Part shown: in pieces, positions 1 to 13,396 of the stretch
Layout of the letters: each line of letters opens with the position of its first letter
Position numbering within the stretch: position 1 is the first letter of the stretch
Assembly (NCBI GenBank): GCA_964188305.1
Contig: OZ076889.1
DNA: 64,000 bases
Direction: 5' to 3' (one strand)
DNA from: Podarcis bocagei
Taxonomy: Eukaryota
Position numbers and translations under genes: made by a program
The notes under the pieces: generated by a model
What the model was told of the DNA's origin: nothing
The model's database searches: none
The model's input: the letters and a program-made list of their open reading frames with translations, nothing else

Positions 1-2322
1 CGCTTTCAAAATGCATAAAAGTTGAATTAATTTAGTGAGTGAAGCACAGTAACCATTGCTGCAAACCAGGAATTGCACCAGATCAAATCTGGGCAAATTA
101 GCTAGAATGCACTCAAAACATTCCTTACTGAACTAGACTTGAACATTGGAATCCTGATCCCAGTTTTGTAGAGCAAGATCAACAATTTCTGCCTGAAACT
201 GGTCCACTCCAGCCCCTCTTCATTCTTATCTGAACTGAAAGCAGATAACTGGTTGGGCCTGCTGTTTGCTAACTTCACTCAGAGAATAATTCAGGCACCA
301 TTTGCATCCACATGAGGGGAGGGTGTGCCATACCTGGTTACCATTAGTGAATAAAAAAGAGAGCATAATGGAGGTACATAGACTAGATCTTGGCATGATC
401 CAATGAAGTTCATAAGTGGTAGATTACAAGGCAACACCTTAACCAGTTTAAGGGCTTAAAAAAACTCTTAAAAAGAACTTTCCAAAGATCAGACAAATTC
501 ACGGGTGGGATGCCAATGGGTATTGGCCATGGTACAGCCAAAAACTTGGAAGTTAAGGAATAGGTATGTACAAAGCCTATAAAATTATTTATTACAAAAA
601 GAATAATCACATATACACACCACTAATAAAACATGAGCATGCCAAATACTATGTGTGTTGAATATTAACCATGGTAGCTAAAAGCAAAACTCAAATGTAG
701 AGGTAGTGAACTTCTGATTACTAGATGGTGAAAGCAAAAAACAGCAGATAATGCTCTATCATGTCCCATTTGGTGAGTATTCCAGAAGCACCTGTCTGAT
801 CCCAGCCATTTGGTCTGATCCAGCATTCTTAAACAAAACACTGCATGCAGAAGCGTGCGTGATGCTGTTAGGAGGGAGGGAGGTGAGATAAGCATAAAGG
901 CACTCATTCCCACACTTTGGCCTGGCTAATGGAGGTGACATTGTGTCTGAAAACACCAACTACTGCTTGCTCTTGGAAGAGTTTCCTAGATCTCAGCTAC
1001 TCCAGGGAGGTTAACCTCAAAGAGCTGAATCAAAAGGAATGAATTCCAGGAGCCAGGGCTTTAAAAGACCAGTGCCAGCAAGCAGATCTTAGCATCTCTT
1101 CTAAAGTATATTTTTACATGGACAATGAAGGCATATTTTTTGCCAAAGGAGAATAAGGGTGTAGGTGAGATCCACAGAACAATATCATAGCCTGCACGCT
1201 AACTTACAGAGCCCACTTCAATTAACTGGAAGGCGGGGAATGCCCACACAATACAGCACCACTAGGGAGCAATAGAAGCCATCCTCCCCAGGGAATGTAT
1301 TCTTTGTCAAAGATATGCTGTTGGCAGCTCTGGAAACAGAAGGTTGCAGTTCATCCAAGAAACTGACACAGTAAAGTCCCACCTGCTGTGCCTGAAAGCT
1401 AAGGCTGAAAAGAGATTTCAGTTGTTATGGACCACTAAGGCTGATCCTGACAAACTCTACTGCTAATACTCTGACACAACAGGAAACATTAGTAGTTATG
1501 TTATACCCTGGAAGCCAGAAACACTGTAAAGCCCACCGTGAACATTGCTCCTACATGCATGAGGCAGGGTGCAAATAATTCAAATATCAAGTGTGGCAGC
1601 CAACAACCCATGAAATAGCACTGGTACATGCAGATTCTATTTTTCTCCTCACAAAGGCTAATATTCAGGAAATAGTATTGGTAAAAAAAACACCCAACCA
1701 TCTCATTTAAAATGGAGATTTGAGTTATTAACCACAAGGTGATTCTGTAGTAATGACTTCAAAAATACCTTGTTGGGCAAGTTTATAAAATCCCTGAAAA
1801 CAGTGGGGTGGCAAAATCTTATTGTTTCAAGTTGAAGCCATCACTGCCATTTCTGTTGCTGAAAACTCCCCATTCTCACACTCCATTTGTAGCTAATGTA
1901 TCTTTCACCCAGGGGACCAGAAAAGCACCAAGTCAGAGACACTGTAATAGAACTAAGCTGCTTTGAACTCTTGAGGAAATAATGATCATGTAAAGGACAA
2001 AGAGGCACTGAGGTCACAAGATACAGCAGTGATGGCTGTAGATATAGCCTAAAGTCTTAGTCTCTAGGCCTTTGACTTCTACACAAAACAAACTACAGAG
2101 AGAATTATGTGCCTATCCATTTACCTGCAGTGCTAGAATGTCTAGTGTTAACTGTGAAAGGCATGGTTGGGTGAAAAAAACACGATAGCTCAAGACCACA
2201 ATGAATCCAGGTTTCTCAATTACCAGATTTACACCCCAGCCACTGACTCAAATTCCATTTCCAAAGGCAGCATAAGAAGGCGATGTCTAGAATGTACCAT
2301 TAGCAACCTGAGCCACTTGTCA

Positions 2323-2511
<189 letters not shown>

Positions 2512-2604
2512 TTATGAAGAAAAGTAGCACACAATTCAGTCTAAGAAACACACAATTCAACCCAAACATAAAGTTGCAGCTGCAGTTTCCCCAGCTGCTC
2601 TCAC

Positions 2605-2806
2605 CTGAGGAGATTGGCGTGCAGAACTTGTCTGAGTTCCTCCTGCGAATAGGCCCTACATTGTGTAAAGTGGATGAGCTGATGACAGAAGGGCCCTGCC
2701 GCAATGGAGTAATGGGTGCAGTAGCAGAGGTGGGGGGATGAGGTAATCCATCAGGGAAGGTATCAGAAGTGCTCTTGGAGAGGGTGGCGCTGGAAACCAG
2801 GTTCAG
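2605..2806 (-). CDS. FOXP4: FOXP4 coding exon I: [67 protein letters not shown]
   Basis: 202 nt, phase 0/1; ctcttt GAGCAG acceptor, CAG|GTGAGA donor. Confidence 0.96.
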
Positions 2807-4604
2807 CTGCTCAAAGAGGATGACAAACTATTATTAGAATCAACCCAGGAGACAGAGAGGTGTCTGGGTAAGCAACAGTTTTCTATATGGACATAGCACA
2901 TGGCTGTTCAACTTCTATCAATGAAGATATAGAGGTTGGGTGGAAGGCAGAGGCACACCACTGAGGGTCTACTAATCAATTCAGCAGCAAAGATTGAAAC
3001 AGGCATCTCAGATAAGAACTTGAGACTCATCAACTACAATGGAAGGGCTAGATGTGGATGAGAAATCAGATCATACTCTACAAACGTGAATGAAACCTAA
3101 AACTCTTTACTAGCTACATCAAAGCCAGTTGTTAGAAACGTGAAAGAACCAGATGACCATCTAGTACAATATAAAGTATTTCTTCCTTCCTCAGTGTTTT
3201 TTTAAAACTAATCCATAATTCTTGTCCGTAGCCATTTTTCCAAAGCAAATGGGAAGCCAAACTTTAGGAGGAATGGTTTTCAGTTACAGCTAGCACACTC
3301 TACCACCTGTATTGCAGACGGGGGCTGAAATTACAAGATAGTGGCTTGCATAAATCCAAACATGGTCCAAGTCTATGAATGTTTATTTAGAAGCAAGCAA
3401 GCATGCACAGGTGGGGACCGTTAGTGAGCTCATGGCTTAGGCAAGATTTGAGCTAAGGGCTTCCTGGATGAAAGTGTGCACTCTTAGCTACTATGCTACA
3501 CCACTTCCAATGAGATTGTCTAAACTGCAGCTTAACTTGGGGGGAAAATTAATTATCTGCTCATTTCATGAAGATGATCAGGTAGTTGTGGATTTCATTG
3601 TAAAAACATTGTGGCATTGCCACAAGTGTCTCATTAGCAAATTGGAGCAATGCTGTCCCAGGATACAGCACAATTCCCAGTAGTTCATCAGTACCATTAT
3701 CTATAGTACCATTATCTATAGTCATAACACTGACAGATAAGCATTATCTTTTGAAGATCAACAGCATCCATGCAAAATTTCATCCCTTGCCAAGAAAGAG
3801 GATTGCAATCATTTCATGAGTAAAAAAAAATCAGGTCATCTTATACAACCATATATTGAAGCACTACAGATGTTAGTGAGCTCTTGGGGTTCGGAATGTA
3901 ATTCAGTGATATGCATGTACTTTCTCTCTCTTCCTTCCTCAAAACTGTAACCATGGCCACCTCCCTTCTCATGAACAGGAGGGACTTTCAGAAACCACAG
4001 AGGGGAAACACATATTTTTGTCATTGATGCAAGTTCTTCCAAGAGGGTCTCACATGCACAGATGTGAACTAGAACCTCAAGAGAGCATAGATGTCACCAG
4101 CTGCTTTTCCTGAGATAGATGTGTCTCAAACACCTTAGAAAGGCCAATAAGACAGCACAGGAGGCTATAGGTCAGGAATGAGCCAGTAACACACCCTGCA
4201 GGCTAGAGGACACTAGGGTATGTTTGTATCAGCTCTGATTTCAGAATTTGGTGTGGTGTTTCAGCACTTCCAAGCAGCACTTTTCAGCCTATGTCTACAC
4301 AGTTTGCAGGACTGACACAAGTAGTGTGGTCTTTCTACACAGCTGGCTTTCTAAACTGTGCAATGTGAAAGCAAGGATGGCCTGGGCACAGCCTGTCTTA
4401 TCCCAATCCCCTTGCTTCACTCCTTGCGTACAATAGCAGCTTGGGCTATCTGGGCATGCTCTGTGAGCTGTTGCCTCTGGGAGGTTGTCTCAGTCTGGCT
4501 TGATGTTGTGAGAACGAGTGATTCTACCTGCCTGCAGAAAGGGCCAGCACAGGTACCTATGGTTGTTTGTATTTCTATAGCACCATCAGTATGCATGCAT
4601 GTTG

Positions 4605-4668
4605 TGAACCGCGCTGAGATCTTCAGATGAAGGGTGGTATGTAAATGTAATAAATGATAAAATAATAA
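4605..4668 (+). mobile_element. L2-type LINE/SINE 3' tail remnant
   Basis: ttgtgaaccgcgctgagatcttcagatgaagggtggtatgtaaat followed by an (AAT)-rich tail, typical of squamate L2 ends. Confidence 0.55.
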
Positions 4669-5108
4669 CATGCATGACAAGTCACAGATTCCAAGAGGAC
4701 AGGTTCCTCTCTCAAGGAGATTACTCAGCCTATACAGTTTGAGTTATGCCTCTGTGAAATGCCATGGAGAAATGCAAGTGCAAAGTGTAAAAGAGGACTT
4801 GGAGAAACAGATAGAGGAAGGGTATTGTTATTATAAAGAAGGGATAGCTACCTGGTGGTTCATGGGCAGTATCTGGCAGGCATTATGATATTACATGACC
4901 CTCTATGGCTATGACTGTGGAAAGTGAAGCTCAAGTAAACAATGTTTGGGTTGTAGTAAAAGGGAGGATTCCGCAAGGGTGGAAAACTGGTAATCATCAG
5001 TTTAGGAGTTTCAATGGAGCGTAGGTGTACCTTGGCTTCCTCACACCATCATGCCATCTACTAGGAGCCTAGTGGCTCAAAGGAACTTGTAGGAAATAGT
5101 TCCTGTTA

Positions 5109-5366
<258 letters not shown>

Positions 5367-8300
5367 TCATTTGTTTTGAGGAAGCTTTTTCCCATTACTG
5401 GTCAATTCACTTGGCCAACATATTTAGAAAGGTGGTCCAGTTAAGTGTTCCATCAATAATCATGCCCTTGAATGGTTCCCTCTACATCAGCAGGGATCAC
5501 AGACACCTCGTTTTGCTTGCTCCATTCAACATCGGTGTGAACATGCCATTCTCTTCTTTTGACTAATACTTCCTACATGCAGTAATGTGACAGCACTGGG
5601 CTGTTCCCTTTAGCTCTTGCTGTGCTGTGCTGCCTTCATAGAGCACTCCTGGAAGAGAAAAGCTGCCAGCTTCCCTAATTCCCTAGTAACACTGAATACT
5701 CCTGAGAGCCATGAATCTGGTTGGAGTATCACATTTCCAAGCTTCTAAAGAGCTGCCTTTTCCTATTGGATATCAAGATCAGGATGTGTGGTGGTTTTTT
5801 GATACTCTGGTGCATCCACTGTGCAGTAACATAGGAGTGCCAGTGACCTTGATGTAAAGGAATCAGATGTGGGTGAGCAGAGGCAGAAAAAGCTGCTGAA
5901 AAATGGAACCTCACATTATGAACCCCCCCCTCCATTTCATTCACTGCATTTTCATTCAGTTCTCGTCCTTTTCATCCACCATGGTATTAAATGGACTGGC
6001 CTCTCTCCCTATCCCAGGCATCAGGATCCTCCTGCCCCATGTGAAGCTGCTAGATCACTTCTACCATCTTTCCTTTTGGCACTCTATCATATTAGTCACC
6101 TCCTCTCAACATCCTTTGCTTCTACGGTTTTCCCTCACCTCATCACTTGCTCATGTTTCTAATCTCTTCCCTCTCTACACTACTTCCTCTCATCCATCTA
6201 TCACTCCCACCATGCCTTTTTCAACCCACCCACTCACCTGCCCATCCATCTCTCCAGATGTGCAACATTGCTTTAATTGCATGCTCCTGGGGTGTGTGTT
6301 TATTTCTCAGTGTGCGGAGAAGGGTGAAATATTCGCTGTGGCACAGGGAGAGAGTTTGAGTGCTGCAGAAGCAATGGGATCTGACACCATCTCCCTTTGT
6401 GTCACCTTCCCTTTCTGAGTGCTCCCCTCAAACTTTGCCTCAGTTCCTCCTGACCTGATGGGCCCCTATGCAGAATCTAGGACACACCCAGAGAGGGCAT
6501 TTCTCTCCTCTCCCACCAGGTCTTGAAACCATCCCCAAAACTAAAAAAAGAGAGAGGGGGCCAGTGAGGCAGGAGTTAAAGGAAGCAGCCAGAGTGGAGT
6601 TTGCTGGAAGTTTGAGAGACTCTGACGCAAGGACGCTCTGGCACTGTCGTGGCTCTCATTAGAGCTGACAGATCCACTCTCGTGATGTAGCCACTCTTGC
6701 TGCCGACACAGCAGGAGCTCTGTAGTGAAAACTTTATAATTGGGAACTCTGGTGGCAGCTTCTTCTTTTCACGCATGGAGCTTTCTGCTCTCTTCAAGGA
6801 TTCTCTCCCCCACATTCCCTTCTTTAAGCGCTAGTAATTGCTTTCAACCTTTTGCTTTAGAGAGAGCTTGGGAACAGGGTAGAATCACACGGTTTGACTC
6901 AGGCTGTGTAACAATCTTAACTCTGCTCTTTGAGTGTTGCACTCCTTCCTTTTCTCTCCTCTTTTTGCATGTCTGCCGCATTCTCTTCGAGGCACCCCAT
7001 CTGCAACTACTGACTTAGTTTAGCTTCCAACAGAGACTACTTGCGCTTTGTGTTATAGCTGCCTCGCTCCCTGGCACTCTTTCCTCTGCCACTAATCCTG
7101 CTGCTGTGGAGATTCATGTTCCAGAGAATGCTGCTCCTTTCATCCCTGCACTGCTTCGCATATATACAATCTAGCAACATGGATAAAAAGAACCCCCTGC
7201 CCATTCCCTTCAGAGTCCATCAAGCAAGCATCAGTGCTGGCTGTTTCCGAAAACGAGCTGGAAGTAAGGAATGGGAAACCAAATGCCATTCCCAATTTAT
7301 ATTCCATCCTATGCAATAATCATTTATCACAGATTACATGCTGCTTTACCTGTTCCTGCACCCTATGCAAACATTTATAGGTATCGCCTATATGCAAAAT
7401 CCATACTCTTCTGATTTACCAATGTTGCCTCCTCCTTGTGTTTACAATTTCTCTCAGCTCCAAACTAAATGTTACAGCAGGAATTTGGCTTCCACTCAGA
7501 TCAGAAGCAGTGCATCACTTCCTCTCACCCCTGGTAGCATCCATTAATATAAAGCACGTGGTGTGATGCCACCATGCCTCAAGTTTCCCAGCTCCTCCTC
7601 TTCATCAGTTGTAATTGGGGGGGGGGGTTGAGGAAACTCAAAGCACAGTGACATCACATCAGATTTTGTATTACTGGATGTTCCCCAGCAGCAGCAGGTG
7701 ATGCACGGCTTCTGCTTTTAGAAGCAGCCACATAGCTCCTCTAAGTCCAGTCCTGGTCTCATAAAGTCAAGAACTCCTTTGGTGACATTCCTGCAAGTTC
7801 TTCAGCTCTGTAATCACAGAATAAAGTCCTAGGTTATGGAAGAAAGGCTGTTTACACCCTTGGGCATCCAATTTTTACAATTCTTGCAAATTTCAGTAGG
7901 AACTGCTGGAGCCGTTTATGATTGACTCATATGTCTGAGGCCCTCTCCACCACTCTGATGGGTTGAAATAGATGCCTATCAGCATAACAGAAGACAGGAG
8001 TAATGAATACTATGCTATTTCATGACCTGCCTCTGATCCTAAGGTTGCAATGTCTAAGGCAACTTGAAGCTTGGGAGTGGAGCAGAGCCTGCATTCTTTC
8101 CTGGGCTTTTCATAGCAGCAGGGGACACTTGGGAGCCCCACAAGGGATTTTGCCAGGTAGATCTGACAGCCTGTATGTCAATCATGCGATGGTCATAATG
8201 ACATCATGTGCTTAACAGATGGGCAACCCTGCTTACCTGTCAAATTTGGCCCATGAGGCCGATCCTGATAAAGGACCTGGATCCTTAGAGCCAAAAAGAT

Positions 8301-8460
8301 GAAGGAAGCCTTAAACCAATGTAAAAGAGAAACTCCAAAATCCATCCCTTAGGCACACAAGATCCCAAATTAAACAACTTACTGACTTTGCTGTGTTCAA
8401 GGATTTTGGCTTGAATACAGATGGGACTGAATAAGGTTCACTGCATACATTTACACTCAC

Positions 8461-8548
8461 CTGTATTTCCAGCTGCTGTACCACTTGCATTTGAACTCGA
8501 CACTGAGCTGTGCTCCGGTCATCAAGTGCATGTTCTGTATTGAGGTGT
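8461..8548 (-). CDS. FOXP4: FOXP4 coding exon G, zinc finger end and leucine zipper: [29 protein letters not shown]
   Basis: 88 nt, phase 2/0; gtttttAG and CAG|GTGAGT. Confidence 0.98.
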
Positions 8549-8574
8549 CTAAAAACAGAAAACATATTTTTAAG

Positions 8575-8613
8575 AGGAGGAGGAGGAGGAGGAGGAGGAG
8601 GAGAAGAAGAAGA
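8575..8613. repeat. (GGA)n/(GAA)n microsatellite extending the pyrimidine tract upstream of exon G
   Basis: About 9 GGA units then GAA units, read directly. Confidence 0.9.
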
Positions 8614-8729
8614 AATTAACATAGCTCTGGACAACCAGAACTCCCTAGACAATGTTTACCCCTTTATTAAGATTCTTTAATACACTGGCTGTGCTATGCA
8701 ACATGTCTACTATCTTATCTATCTCATTT

Positions 8730-9100
8730 TTATCCTGTTCATCAACAGGTTATTCAATTTTATCATCACAATAATGCTGTGAGGGAGGCTAACCTGAGAA
8801 AGTGACTTGCCCATAGACCATGACCTAGGGTGAAATGTACCTAACCAGGCCCATCAGTTCAAGGACTTCCTCCTCTCCCCCCTGAAAATGGCTCAGGGCA
8901 GGAGGAGATCCCCCAGAACAGCACATGGGGGTAGGAGATGGGGAATCGTTCCAACTGGCAAGCTGAAATGTTTTCAAAGATGGAACAACTGGAAGAGTGC
9001 AAGGCTGTATTCCCCCCTAGTCAGCATCACTGCTGAGTGGGGATTTGAGCCAAAGGTTTTCTGATTTAAGTCTACCACCTTGTCTGCTGTACCACACTGG
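8730..9100 (-). mobile_element. Old MIR/Squam-like tRNA-derived SINE, apparently split by an approximately 200-bp insert (about 8823-9020)
   Basis: acaataatgctgtgagggaggct...gtgacttgccca resumes as ctgctgagtggggatttgagcc...tgtaccacactgg (reverse B-box/A-box remnants). Confidence 0.5.
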
Positions 9101-9111
9101 TGTTACATATA

Positions 9112-9191
9112 CAGGGTGAGTCCTTTAAAAGAGGCCCCGTGGATACAGAGTACACATGTTCCACGGGGCCTCTTTTAAAAGACTCACCCTG
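9112..9191. mobile_element. 80-bp Tc1/mariner-type hairpin MITE
   Basis: 32-bp terminal inverted repeats CAGGGTGAGTC(C/T)TTTAAAAGAGGCCCCGTGGA with 1 mismatch, 16-nt spacer, TA on both sides. Confidence 0.9.
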
Positions 9192-9224
9192 TACATAGAT
9201 ACACAGCAAGTTACACGACCTACA

Positions 9225-9366
9225 ACAGTCATCTCCAACTTGATTCCCTACAGATGTTTTGGACTACTAGTCCCATCCACCCCAACCAGCATGGATAATG
9301 GTCAGAGATAAGTCACGGTCCAAAAGATCTAGAAGACATAGAGGACATCTAGTTAGGGAAGGCTGC
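9225..9366. mobile_element. Degenerate hAT-type MITE
   Basis: cagatgttttggactac...cccatc...acatct...gttagggaaggctg core resembles the copies at 11186 and 24764. Confidence 0.5.
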
Positions 9367-10389
9367 CCTAGAGTCTGAAGAGACAAGTCAACCAAAGAGT
9401 CAGGTGGAGATCCTGAACCACAGAAAGGCAAAGTGACACGCTTACAAATCAGTTGGAAAAAGAGCTCAACACTCGTAAGTCTACCAATTTTCCAGAGATT
9501 TTTCTTCATTCAGGAGAGATGGATTATAAGGACAGAAAATGCATTTTCCTTTATGAATTCCAAGAGCCTCTTCACTGTAGGTTCACAACTTTGCCTCAAC
9601 AAGCCACCCTCCATCTGCTGCCAAGTTCCGGTCCCTAACTGAAGTAGCATAGCCTTTTGCCATACAAAATTTAACAAAACCGAAACAGGCCTGGACTTTA
9701 TATTCCATTTCAAAGCTTGTACCGTTAACAGGCGAATGAATGTAAGCTTTCTTAATGTCAGCCAACGAACTAAAGGTAGTGCAGGGAATTAAATTCATTT
9801 TACTCTTAGAGCCTGAGTTTCGCTATTGAACAACATTCCATGCAATGTTTCCTTACTATTTTAAGCTGTGTCAAGACTTCCCAGTTAGGGGAAGCAGGAT
9901 ATGGCTGTCTAATGTTAGGAGGCTCCTTTCGGACCAGTCAGTTACATATGGTAGCACAGGTGGAAACAATTCTCCCTTTTGGCCTCCTCCTGGCCACATG
10001 AAAAAGGCTAAGTTAGGCTTTGAAGGAGTATGCGAGTTCCCTGCCCATCTGCCTTAAGTCTGTTGCAGTTGGCACCTGTTGGCTCGTTAACAGTGATCCT
10101 TCGGTAGCTGAAGGCCAGGGTGGGGGTGGGGTGGCAAGTTTTTCTAAAATGTTCATTTCACAGAACACATACACACACAGATCAGGCATACAGGCTGTGC
10201 TTCTGACCGTCTCCAGTCCTCCCAAACGTCATTTTCAACCTTCACAACATTCTGTTCAGAGGCAGTGGGGTGGGAGGTGGAGGGGGGCCGAGAATGAGGA
10301 GCGGCATGTGCGTATGTGGACGGGGTGGGAAGCATGTGTAGCAAGAAAGGCATTGGGGGGAGGGGGGAACCCGAACAAGCAAGAAAAGA

Positions 10390-10720
10390 AAACCCGTCAG
10401 TTTCATCTGATGTCTTTGCTAAAAATCTTGGCTACAAAGAGATCTAATTGCAAATGAACTAATTAAGTAAACCTCTGACGAAGCGTGAAAACAATTTGTT
10501 TGACCCTGACGCTAGCAGAGGGCTCTTAGACAGCGGAGTTAATCAGTCAGTGACAGAGCCCACAAGCGGTGTCAGCAGGCTGCCGCGCTGCCATCTGTTT
10601 CTCTCTAGTTCTCCCCACCCGCCCCCCTTTTCTTCTTCCTAACATGGGCGAGCTATAAACTTTAGTGGTCTGTCTCCTCTCTCCTCCAAAAGCCTTGTCA
10701 TTACGGTAGGTCCCAGTCAG
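10390..10720. promoter_or_regulatory. Candidate intronic enhancer / conserved non-coding element
   Basis: About 11 CpG; TAATTG, TAATTA, GTAAAC, TGACAG and TGTCA motifs clustered. Confidence 0.45.
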
Positions 10721-11185
10721 CCTCTTTCTCTCTAGCAGAGTCTCTCCCACTCTTCCTATTCACCCCACAGTGCCTGGCAGCCTTTAAAAACTTCCCGGTT
10801 CTTACAGTAGGTCTATGACAGTGATATAGCTCTGTTTCGGAGAAGAAGCCTAGAGGGGTCTAGCTCCATTTCACAGAAGGAAAAACTGGTGCAGAAGTAC
10901 TGTACTCAATTTTTCTAAAAGTAGTGATGCTAGAATGGCTCTAAGGGGCTGGCATGGTGGTGCTTCTAGTCTATCAAAAGCTACCAGGTACCTGTTCTAC
11001 AGACATAAATTATATTTTCTGAAGTATCAAAGCTCACTAATAACTGATTTGGAGGGAAAATATCTCTAGAATCTGAGGAAACCATCCCCAGGGCCAAAAA
11101 GCAACAGACTGATTTTTGGGCTTCACTGCACATCATAAACAGTTAAAGTGCTTGCAGCAGGACTTTTCCTTTTTGAGGTCTATGG

Positions 11186-11321
11186 CAGGCTTCCTCAGCC
11201 TCGGCCCTCCAGATGTTTTTAGCCTACAACTCCTATGATCCCTAGCTAGCAGGACCAGTGGTCAGGGATGATGGGAATTGTTGTCTCAAAACATCTGGAG
11301 GGCCAAGGTTGAGGAAGCCTG
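11186..11321. mobile_element. hAT-type MITE (136 bp)
   Basis: TIRs CAGGCTTCCTCA / TGAGGAAGCCTG; perfect 8-bp TSD GTCTATGG (11178-11185, 11322-11329). Confidence 0.92.
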
Positions 11322-11415
11322 GTCTATGGTGTGAGAAAACACAGGAAGAATTATTAAGTACAGGTTGGGACAAAGAACACGGCAGCATTAATATACCTTG
11401 CACATAAGTCACCTA

Positions 11416-11556
<141 letters not shown>

Positions 11557-12044
11557 TTACTATGGAATAGCAGCTCTAGCTCTGTATAGTTCATTTGCTT
11601 TGTTGGCTGAAGGAACAACCACATAGGGCATTTTAAAGGGATGGGACATGCTCATTCAGCCCATCTAGTCTTTACAGAATGTATACTCCCTTCATTGAGC
11701 AGATGTTGTCTCCACCCAGTCAACTACGAATCTAGCCTGGGCTGCCAGAACCATAGTTGCAGATGCAGACCAGCAGAATTCATCCTCAGTTCATATTTTA
11801 GATTGTCAGGTGTGGCACAAAATACTTTTTAACTATCTTCTTGGTATGCTAGATGCAACTCTTCTTGAAAAAAATGTGCACTGCCTACAGTTATCCATAC
11901 CCTGGTTTCATCAAGGTTAGATTACTATAAAGTGCTATGTGTGGGACTACCTAGGAAGAATGCACAGAAACTGCATTTGGTTTCAAACACAGATGCAGAG
12001 GAACATGTATCACCAGTACCAAAAGAGCTTCATGGTCTCCAATT

Positions 12045-12380
12045 TTATTTCCAAACATAATTCAAGTGCTGGTTCTGAGCTATAAGGCTTTAAAAGGTCT
12101 GGAACCACAATATATATGAAAGGGCTGCCTGCTCCCCTGTGAACCTGCCAAATTAGTAAAAGCTTCATAGGATGTCAGGTTATAGGTTCCTTCATCTTCC
12201 AAGTCAACTTGGGTAGTTACCAGAGCTGTCTTGGTGTTGGCGCCTCATTTGTGGAACTCTCTCCCTGTAACGTTTCTTCTGATACCTACTCTGCTAGTAA
12301 ATAATCCTGTTTCCTCTGACTTTTAGTGGAGTTTAATGAGATTGTTTGTTTGATGGGTTTGCTTTATTAGATTTTAATAT
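12045..12380 (+). mobile_element. Degenerate L2/CR1-clade LINE 3' fragment
   Basis: ttcaagtgctggttctgagctataaggctttaaaaggtctgg (FKVLVLxYKALxGL-like) and ttgtggaactctctccct (LWNSLP). Confidence 0.7.
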
Positions 12381-13191
12381 AGATTGCTTGTCTGGTTCTG
12401 CTTGATGCAGAACTTCCTTATCTCTGCAGTGCATCCATGCTATGTTTCTTGCTTATTCTTGATAGCCCACAAGGCTGGCAGACCTATGGACTGTGTACTT
12501 AGCACAGCTGCCTTCATCTGATTAGCATGGGACTGTCCCAAGGGTAAGAGTCTCCGCCTATATGCAGGATCTTGTTAGATCCTTAGCTGTCTGCTAGGGT
12601 GTCAAAGCATCAGAGTGGAAAGCTCTTTACTGGATACTCCCAAACAGTACAGCATCTAAGCCATTTCCCTGGCATGAATGGCTATTATGAACTCTTATTT
12701 GGCCCTTGGGGTAAACTGAAAAACTAAAGGCTGTGACTGCACCAATGCCATTAAAAAAAAAACAACTGAGTCAGCATAGTCTCCACAACAGCAATGGGGC
12801 CATTATACACAAATGTTTGGGAAGATAGTCATGTAGCCATTCTCCAATGGCTAGCAAGACTCACATATAATTCGTTCATTGAGCCTAAATTGTAATTCAT
12901 TGGGTCTGAATTGAAGTGGCCAATTTCCACATGGCCAATCTCTCCTATTGTGACTTAATAAGTTCCATTTGTCACTGAAGGCAGGTACAATCACAAATTG
13001 GACTCCATATCTGGTAAGCCAACACTGTGCCAAATAGTAGTGCAAAAAGTAGAAGTTCAAGGTCTGAACGCGATAGAAAATACTAGTCTCTCCCAATCAT
13101 GTGTAGAATTTTACCCCGTCCTTTGAGATAAATTCTATATCCTTTACAAATTATCCATTCCATATTTTAAAGGACCACATAGAGTTTCTAC

Positions 13192-13396
13192 CTGTCCCTC
13201 CTTTGTGTGAGCATGGCGTTCTGTCCATTGGGAAGAGGGTGGTGGGAAATTGGAGGAGAGACCTTGGCGGCCGAAAACGAGGTAGAATTGGAGGTGTTGG
13301 TGCTGAGGTCAAGTCCCTCTTGCTTGATACTGTCTTCTACAGGCTGTGTAGCAGCAACCTCTTTCCATAGCTGCTGAAGGTCTGAGGGACACACAG
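13192..13396 (-). CDS. FOXP4: FOXP4 coding exon E: [14 protein letters not shown]...IKQEGLDLS...[17 protein letters not shown]
   Basis: 205 nt, phase 1/2; acceptor tgtgAAG, donor CAG|GTAGAA; overlaps ORF 13188..13406. Confidence 0.95.

Noticed and set aside
3690-3722. Short tandem duplications (AGTACCATTATCTAT x2; similar at about 33082)
   Set aside because: Ordinary replication-slippage duplications with no further structure
5903-6418. 171-aa plus-strand ORF
   Set aside because: Low-complexity pyrimidine-rich translation with no recognisable domain, antisense within an intron; likely chance or decayed repeat
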